Positions 58,636-64,000 of a stretch of DNA of 64,000 nucleotides are shown in pieces. The notes under the pieces were generated by a model. That model saw only the letters and a program-made list of their open reading frames with translations, searched no databases and was not told where the DNA came from. This stretch comes from Bacteroidales bacterium (GTDB lineage: Bacteria > Bacteroidota > Bacteroidia > Bacteroidales > WCHB1-69): NCBI GenBank assembly GCA_045598105.1, contig JAZLLK010000007.1, positions 10,981-74,980 of the forward strand. Direction: 5' to 3'. Both the position numbers and the translations under genes were made by a program. Within the stretch, counting starts at the first letter, position 1. Each line of letters opens with the position of its first letter.

Positions 58636-58643
58636 CAAAAGTA
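58636..58643 (-). promoter_or_regulatory. -7 promoter motif (TACTTTTG) 4 nt upstream of ATG 58631
   Basis: The minus strand reads ttttttttgcTACTTTTGcaatATG. Confidence 0.55.
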
Positions 58644-58673
58644 GCAAAAAAAAGCATAGCGTATAGTGATTAA

Positions 58674-58707
58674 CGAAAAAAAAGCTTGCCTGAATAAGGC
58701 AAGCTTT
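58674..58707 (-). terminator. Rho-independent terminator of ppdK
   Basis: A 10-bp stem, AAAGCTTGCC pairing with GGCAAGCTTT. On the minus strand T8 follows. Confidence 0.85.
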
Positions 58708-58728
58708 ATCGGATATGAATAGTGTAAG

Positions 58729-61455
58729 CTATTTTCTGGGACCATATTTAATGGCGGCCTGAGCTGCAGCCAAACGTGCTATAGGAACACGGAAAGGAGA
58801 GCATGATACGTAATTCAGGCCGGCCTGATAGAAGAATGCTACCGAATTGGGGTCGCCACCGTGTTCACCGCATATACCGCATTTAAGGTTGTTACGGGTG
58901 TTGCGACCGCGGTTTACGCCTATTTTTACCAATTCACCTACGCATTCCTGGTCAAATGTATTGAACGGGTCAGCAGGAATAATCTTTTGGTCTATATAGC
59001 TATGTACTATAGCGTTCACGTCGTCACGTGAAAAACCGAAAGTCATTTGGGTAAGGTCGTTAGTACCAAAGGAGAAGAATTCGGCTACTTCGGCTATTTG
59101 GTTAGCTACCAATGCAGCACGAGGTATTTCTATCATGGTACCGAACATGTATTTATATTGTACACCATATTTTGCTTCCACTTCAGCGTGTACTCTATCG
59201 GCTATAGCCTTTTGGTGCTTAAGTTCCAATGCGTTAATAGTGAGAGGAACCATTATTTCCAAATGAGGATCATAACCTTCTTTCAGTAATTCGGCAGTAG
59301 CGCTGAACAAGGCACGGAATTGGGTTTCGGTAATTTCGGGATACACTATACCCAAACGAACACCGCGTAAGCCCATCATAGGATTCACTTCGTGAAGAGC
59401 ATCAATACGCTTTTTAATTTCTTCATAGGTGAGTCCGCGTTCTTTGGCCACTTCACGTTGTTTGTCTTCTGTTTGAGGAACAAATTCATGCAATGGAGGG
59501 TCCATCAAACGGAATGTGAGCGGCTTGCCATTCATTACTTTGAGGGTGCCTTTGGCTGCTTCCTTAATGTATGGCTCCAATTCGTTAAGAGCTGCAACAC
59601 GATTGGCTGTGTTGTCTGATAATATCATATTACGGAGCTTCTCCAAGGGCTTTTCACTGTTTTTGCCGTAGAACATGTGTTCTATACGGAATAGTCCTAT
59701 ACCTTCAGCACCAAAGTTAATGGCGTTTTGAGCATCTTCAGGAGTATCGGCATTGGTGCGTACACCCATGTCGCGGTATTTGTCCACTATGGACATTAAT
59801 TGTTTGAACAACGGATTTTCAGAAGCATCTATCATTTTTACTTCTTCACCATATATCCAACCTTTGCTACCATTTAAGCTTATGGTATCCCCTTCTTTAA
59901 AAGTGCGACCGGCTATGGTAACGGTACGGTTTTCCATGTTGATGTGAACTTCTTCGCAACCCACTATGCAGCATTTGCCCCAACCGCGGGCTACCAAAGC
60001 AGCGTGTGAAGTCATACCGCCGCGGGCGGTAAGAATACCGTTAGCCGAACGCATACCTTCTACGTCTTCAGGGTTGGTTTCTTCACGAACCAATATGTTC
60101 TTTATTTTTTTGGAAGTGTATTCCTTGCTGGTTTCACTGTCAAGTACTATTTTACCTATAGCACCACCGGGGCCTGCCGGCAAACCTTTAGCTATTACCG
60201 AGTGCTTCTTTTCATCTGCTGCATCTAATATGGGGTGGAGTAACTCATCCAATTGTGCAGGTGATATTCGCATTACCACTTCCTTGTCATCTATAAGACC
60301 TTCTTTTAGCATATCCAATGCCATGGTCATGGCAGCAACACCGGTGCGTTTACCTACACGGCATTGAAGCATGTAGAGTTTGCCTTCCTGAATGGTAAAT
60401 TCTATGTCTAACATATCATGATAGTTGGCCTCTAATATGTTACGTACGTCACATAATTCTTTATAGGTGGCAGGCATGAGCTCCTGCATGGAGTGCATGT
60501 GTTTGTTTTGCTCGTTTTTAGTGTCATCGTTCAAGGGATTAGGGGTGCGAATACCGGCTACCACATCTTCTCCTTGTGCATTAATAAGCCATTCACCATA
60601 AAATTGATTATCACCGGTGGCAGGGTTACGTGTAAAGGCAACGCCGGTAGCGGAATTGTCCCCCATGTTGCCAAATACCATGGCCTGTACGTTTACTGCA
60701 GTACCCCAATCATCAGGTATGCCTTCTATTCTACGATAAGCAATGGCTTTTTTGCCATCCCAACTTTTGAATACGGCTTTAATACCGCCTATTAACTGCT
60801 CTTTTGCATCATCGGGGAATTCCGTGCCTAATACTTCTTTTATTTTCTTTTTGAAAGCATTGGCTAATTCCAATAACTCCTCTGCTGATATTTCGGTATC
60901 GGTTTTGTAACCTTTGGCAGCTTTAAATTCATCCAGCATGTCATCTAACTGTTTACGTATGCCTTTGCCGTCAGCAGGTTCTATACCTTCGGCTTTTTCC
61001 ATTACTACATCAGCATACATCATGATTAAACGGCGATAGGAATCATACACAAAACGGGGATTATTGGTCTTTTTAATCAATCCCGGAATGGTTTTGGAAC
61101 TTAAACCTATGTTTAATACGGTGTCCATCATACCCGGCATAGAACTGCGAGCACCTGAACGACACGATATTAATAAAGGATTTTCACTGTCATCATATTT
61201 CAATCCCATTATGTTTTCTACATTTTTCATGCCTTCCCATACCTGATCCATTAATTCGGCAGGCAGCCGGCAGTTATTAGCATAATAGGCTGTACAACAT
61301 TCGGTGGTGATGGTTAAACCTGCAGGTACAGGTAAACCCAAATGACACATCTCAGCCAAATTGGCTCCTTTACCACCTAACAAATTTTTCATTTCTGCGC
61401 GTCCTTCTGCGGTTTTTCCGCCAAAAGTGTAAACGTATTTAATGCTCATATTCAA
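58729..61455 (-). CDS. ppdK: Pyruvate, phosphate dikinase
   Basis: 908 aa. The N-terminus is GGKGANLAEM. The phospho-His loop is TARGGMTSHAALVARG. The C-terminal PEP-utilising domain carries GICGEHGGDP. Confidence 0.97.
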   Translation of the reverse strand: MNMSIKYVYTFGGKTAEGRAEMKNLLGGKGANLAEMCHLGLPVPAGLTITTECCTAYYANNCRLPAELMDQVWEGMKNVENIMGLKYDDSENPLLISCRSGARSSMPGMMDTVLNIGLSSKTIPGLIKKTNNPRFVYDSYRRLIMMYADVVMEKAEGIEPADGKGIRKQLDDMLDEFKAAKGYKTDTEISAEELLELANAFKKKIKEVLGTEFPDDAKEQLIGGIKAVFKSWDGKKAIAYRRIEGIPDDWGTAVNVQAMVFGNMGDNSATGVAFTRNPATGDNQFYGEWLINAQGEDVVAGIRTPNPLNDDTKNEQNKHMHSMQELMPATYKELCDVRNILEANYHDMLDIEFTIQEGKLYMLQCRVGKRTGVAAMTMALDMLKEGLIDDKEVVMRISPAQLDELLHPILDAADEKKHSVIAKGLPAGPGGAIGKIVLDSETSKEYTSKKIKNILVREETNPEDVEGMRSANGILTARGGMTSHAALVARGWGKCCIVGCEEVHINMENRTVTIAGRTFKEGDTISLNGSKGWIYGEEVKMIDASENPLFKQLMSIVDKYRDMGVRTNADTPEDAQNAINFGAEGIGLFRIEHMFYGKNSEKPLEKLRNMILSDNTANRVAALNELEPYIKEAAKGTLKVMNGKPLTFRLMDPPLHEFVPQTEDKQREVAKERGLTYEEIKKRIDALHEVNPMMGLRGVRLGIVYPEITETQFRALFSATAELLKEGYDPHLEIMVPLTINALELKHQKAIADRVHAEVEAKYGVQYKYMFGTMIEIPRAALVANQIAEVAEFFSFGTNDLTQMTFGFSRDDVNAIVHSYIDQKIIPADPFNTFDQECVGELVKIGVNRGRNTRNNLKCGICGEHGGDPNSVAFFYQAGLNYVSCSPFRVPIARLAAAQAAIKYGPRK

Positions 61456-61493
61456 TATATTATGTTTTTTGTTTATTGCGTTTAATAAAAATG

Positions 61494-61501
61494 CAAAGAT
61501 A
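61494..61501 (-). promoter_or_regulatory. -7 promoter motif (TATCTTTG) for ppdK
   Basis: 38 nt upstream of ATG 61455. Confidence 0.55.
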
Positions 61502-61964
61502 ACATATTTTTTACTATTATATATGTTGCCTTTTATTAATTTATTGTTAAGTCGGTTAGTGTAGGCTTTACACTGCGTGTGAAAAAATAATAATAATCAA
61601 AAATAATGCCAAACATATCTGTAAGATATGGTAACATAATAAGCGGTGCCGAGAGTGAATAAAAATGTTTTTTTTAGGGGAAAAGTCGGCAAGTTCGTGA
61701 TCAAAAGGTGCAAGTATAAGAGTTGCCTGTACGCTCGGGTGAAAAATGTATGGGCATATAAAGCGGCAGGCATGGCTTGGTGGGGGGGCATTTCGGGTGT
61801 GCACACAGGCGGAGCAGGGTATGTCGGATGCTTTTTATAGCGGGAGTGGTAAAAGTGTGTATTTACATTATATATTATAGTACAATATCAGGTTTTGCTG
61901 ATTTTTTTATAAAAGCATCAAAATAGTGTCAAAGGCAACCCTGTTAGGGTGAAATTGAATTTGT

Positions 61965-62015
61965 CGGTTCCGATAAAATAATACCTTTTTTTATGAAAAA
62001 AAAGGTATTTAACCG
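61965..62015. repeat. Extended imperfect palindrome (A/T-core hairpin)
   Basis: AATACCTTTTTTT (61980-92) pairs with AAAAAAAGGTATT (61997-62009) around a 4-nt loop (ATGA). It is flanked by CGGTT (61965-69) and AACCG (62011-15). Confidence 0.7.
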
Positions 62016-62208
62016 ATATATTGCATGAGCAGATATAAAAAGATTGTGTGTGTAAGTGGCTGTATAATAGTGTTTGTGCTTTTGCGTTGAAAAAAATAAA
62101 AAAAAGTACACAATTGTATAGTAAAAAATAAAGTACTGAATATTAGCTTTTTTTTTAGAAAAATATGTACTTTTTTTGTTATATCGGTTTTTGTATACTT
62201 TTTTTTAT

Positions 62209-62216
62209 TACTTTTG
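62209..62216 (+). promoter_or_regulatory. -7 promoter motif (TACTTTTG) for the AraC-family gene
   Basis: 29 nt upstream of ATG 62246. It lies inside the ORF-track extension starting at 62165. Confidence 0.55.
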
Positions 62217-62245
62217 CTTATATAAATATTAACAAAAAATATATT

Positions 62246-63295
62246 ATGACACGTAACTCATACGAATTTAGTATTACCGAGCACTACAAGCAGAAAGTAG
62301 ATGCTGATTTTTTTTGTGATAGTAATGTAAGAGCAGTTCCATTGCCTAAAAAGGAATTTGAAACATTAGCCGAGGATACATTGATATATTGTCTGCAAGG
62401 TAAAATGAAATTGTGGGCATATGGTAAGGAAGTTAATGTGAAGAAGGGTGATTTTTTGTATCTCGCGTATGAAGAACCTATAAAATTTGTGTCCAGCAGT
62501 GTGGATTTTCGTTGTAATTATATTCAAATATCCCGTAAAATGGCACATGAAGTTACTTCCCGTTTTCCATTGGAATTCCGTACTTATTTTGTAAATAATC
62601 CCGTGTTGAAAACTTCTGAAGAAGCCGGTGATATGATACAGGCATATATGGACGGCATATACATTCGTTTTAATAATTCCATAGGTGCAAATTATAAAAA
62701 GGCTGTATTGTTAAATATGTTAACCGCCTTAGCTATGGATGTATTTTCTTTAGTAGAATTAGACACCGTGAATTTGGCTCCTATGAAACAAACCAGAGAA
62801 GGAATATTAAAATCATTAAAGAAGGAACTTACCGAGGAGAATGTGCGCACTAATCGTAAGGTAATACATTATGCCCGTAAGTTAGCCATGTCTCCCGGTT
62901 ATTTAAATAAAATAGTACAGGAAGAGTTACACACCAGTGTTAAAACCATATTAGACGACATGGTAGTGTCCTATATTAAGGAGGAGGTGCGTAGAGGAGA
63001 TGTTACCATTAAAGGCTTGGCCATTAAGTATGGTTTTTCATCCACTGCACATTTAAGCTCATTCTTTAAAAAAATGGTAGGAGTAACTCCATTGGAATAT
63101 TATCATAGTTTCCATAACGCTACTGAAGACGAGTTGGCAAAGGAGCGTCAGAAGGTACGTGAAAATATGAAGAAGGAAGTAAAACGTAAAGTAGGTCGTC
63201 CTTCTAAAGAGCATGTTACCATAGCCCAAGAGGCGGCTATTAGTGATGTGAAGAAAAAACGTAAAGTAGGTCGTCCCCGTAAAAAAAATAAGTAG
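62246..63295 (+). CDS. AraC-family transcriptional regulator with a basic C-terminal tail carrying two AT-hook-like motifs
   Basis: The C-terminal HTH region ARKLAMSPGYLNKIVQ ... YGFSSTAHLSSFFKKMVGVTPLEY is AraC-type. The tail carries KRKVGRPSKE and KKRKVGRPRKKNK. Confidence 0.85.
   Translation: MTRNSYEFSITEHYKQKVDADFFCDSNVRAVPLPKKEFETLAEDTLIYCLQGKMKLWAYGKEVNVKKGDFLYLAYEEPIKFVSSSVDFRCNYIQISRKMAHEVTSRFPLEFRTYFVNNPVLKTSEEAGDMIQAYMDGIYIRFNNSIGANYKKAVLLNMLTALAMDVFSLVELDTVNLAPMKQTREGILKSLKKELTEENVRTNRKVIHYARKLAMSPGYLNKIVQEELHTSVKTILDDMVVSYIKEEVRRGDVTIKGLAIKYGFSSTAHLSSFFKKMVGVTPLEYYHSFHNATEDELAKERQKVRENMKKEVKRKVGRPSKEHVTIAQEAAISDVKKKRKVGRPRKKNK
63181..63276 (+). repeat. Perfect 21-nt direct repeat (63181-63201 and 63256-63276) encoding KRKVGRP twice
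   Basis: aaaacgtaaagtaggtcgtcc occurs twice, 75 nt apart, in frame. Confidence 0.9.
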
Positions 63296-63313
63296 GCAAA
63301 GTTAAGCTGGCAC

Positions 63314-63321
63314 TATTTTTG
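63314..63321 (+). promoter_or_regulatory. -7 promoter motif (TATTTTTG)
   Basis: 63 nt upstream of ATG 63385. Confidence 0.45.
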
Positions 63322-63384
63322 TGATAGGGGAGTAGATTTGAAAAAATTTTTTTTAAAATAATTAATATTAAACAAAAAGTAAAA

Positions 63385-63837
63385 ATGAAAAAAGTAATTT
63401 TAACATTAAGTTGCGCCATGTTTTTAGCCGGCGTATGTTTTTCATGCGGTAATAAAGAAGCCGAAGAAGTATTGGAAGAAGAAGCAGTAGAAGAAGTAGT
63501 GGAAGAAGCTGAAGCTGTAGTAGAAGAAGCTGTAGCCGTAGAAGAAGATGCTCCCGCTGTAAACAAAGAAGAAATTCTTTCTAAAGCTCGTCAGGCCGGT
63601 CAGGCTAAATGTAACTGCTATCAAAAAGATGCAGCTCACGTAGAAGCTTGTATTAAAGCTATTTTGGAACAATCATACGCAGCTTATAAAGAGGACGTAG
63701 ATTTCCAAAAGGAAATGAAAGCCGAATATGACAAATGTATTAAAGAAAAAGCAAGTGCTGCTGCAAAAGAAGTTGCTAACGAAGGTGCCAAAGCTGCTGC
63801 AAGTGCTATTTCCAAAAAATTAGGCGGAAACCAATAG
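63385..63837 (+). CDS. Small lipoprotein with an acidic EEAVEE repeat linker
   Basis: Lipobox CFSCG, then EEVLEEEAVEEVVEEAEAVVEEAVAVEEDA, then a helical K/A-rich domain. Confidence 0.6.
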   Translation: MKKVILTLSCAMFLAGVCFSCGNKEAEEVLEEEAVEEVVEEAEAVVEEAVAVEEDAPAVNKEEILSKARQAGQAKCNCYQKDAAHVEACIKAILEQSYAAYKEDVDFQKEMKAEYDKCIKEKASAAAKEVANEGAKAAASAISKKLGGNQ

Positions 63838-63856
63838 TTTTTAATTATTCATAATA

Positions 63857-63890
63857 ATAAAAAAGGTGTCTTTTTAAAGACACCTTTTTT
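63857..63890. terminator. Bidirectional terminator between the lipoprotein gene (+) and atpG (-)
   Basis: AAAGGTGTCTTT pairs with AAAGACACCTTT, flanked by an A-run and a T7 run. Confidence 0.8.
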
Positions 63891-63920
63891 TGTTTTGTAT
63901 GAACTATGGTAACAGTTCTA

Positions 63921-64000
63921 TTAGCCGTTAAGGGCTTCTGCACCGCTAACAATTTCAATAATTTCATTCGTAATGGCAGCCTGACGTAACTTATTGTAGG
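63921..64000 (-). CDS. atpG: ATP synthase F1 gamma subunit, 3' end only (continues beyond the window)
   Basis: The minus-strand translation is YNKLRQAAITNEIIEIVSGAEALNG followed by a stop. It closely matches the conserved AtpG C-terminus (E. coli ...[23 protein letters not shown]). The fragment is too short for the ORF track. Confidence 0.8.
   Translation of the reverse strand, partial: YNKLRQAAITNEIIEIVSGAEALNG

Noticed and set aside
61568-61840. ORFs of 64-78 aa in the ppdK upstream gap (61568-61804 minus, 61597-61806 minus, 61646-61840 plus).
   Set aside because: They overlap one another in different frames and give implausible sequences. No promoter motif is placed to drive them.

Overview
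This is an AT-rich chromosomal segment that looks like Bacteroidota. The evidence is a bamA-ompH pair, three proteins with T9SS C-terminal sorting domains, many TAnnTTTG -7 promoter motifs and almost no Shine-Dalgarno use.

I support 52 protein-coding genes. Most are housekeeping:
- Core genes: bamA (5' partial), ompH, gcvH, coaE, ispG, lysS, dnaB, pgk, nusB, pepT, recX, glmS, buk, aat, ppdK and atpG (3' fragment at the window end).
- A conserved minus-strand block: guaB, three SurA/PpiD-like PPIases, then MoxR.
- prfB carries the classical +1 programmed frameshift. The ORF track only shows the post-shift part.
- Envelope and secreted proteins: glycosyltransferase, lipoproteins, M1 and S8 peptidases, an S1 protease and a di-haem peroxidase.

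I saw no rRNA, tRNA, CRISPR array, transposase or integrase, and no obvious defence island.

Several ORF-track starts are too long. A promoter motif or a signal peptide lies inside the predicted N-terminus, so I moved those starts.

The stretches least explained by ordinary annotation are:
1. 12.44-13.20 kb. The pgk terminator runs into an uninterrupted T52 tract plus (GT)8(GC)3. About 0.7 kb with no gene follows, carrying an orphan promoter identical to the nusB promoter and nested, competing inverted repeats. This is a candidate new ncRNA, or an assembly problem.
2. An S1 protease fused to a predicted small outer-membrane beta-barrel, behind a 560-bp leader with a switch-like hairpin pair and a uORF.
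3. An S8/T9SS peptidase preceded by a lipoprotein that is a paralogue of the peptidase's own N-terminal (pro)domain.
4. MoxR translationally abutted to a PD-(D/E)xK protein, with no VWA/DUF58 partner.
5. An AraC regulator with two AT-hook-like tails.
6. An MltD-like LysM protein whose catalytic Glu appears to be lost.

All functional calls come from reading the translated sequences by eye. No database search was run.
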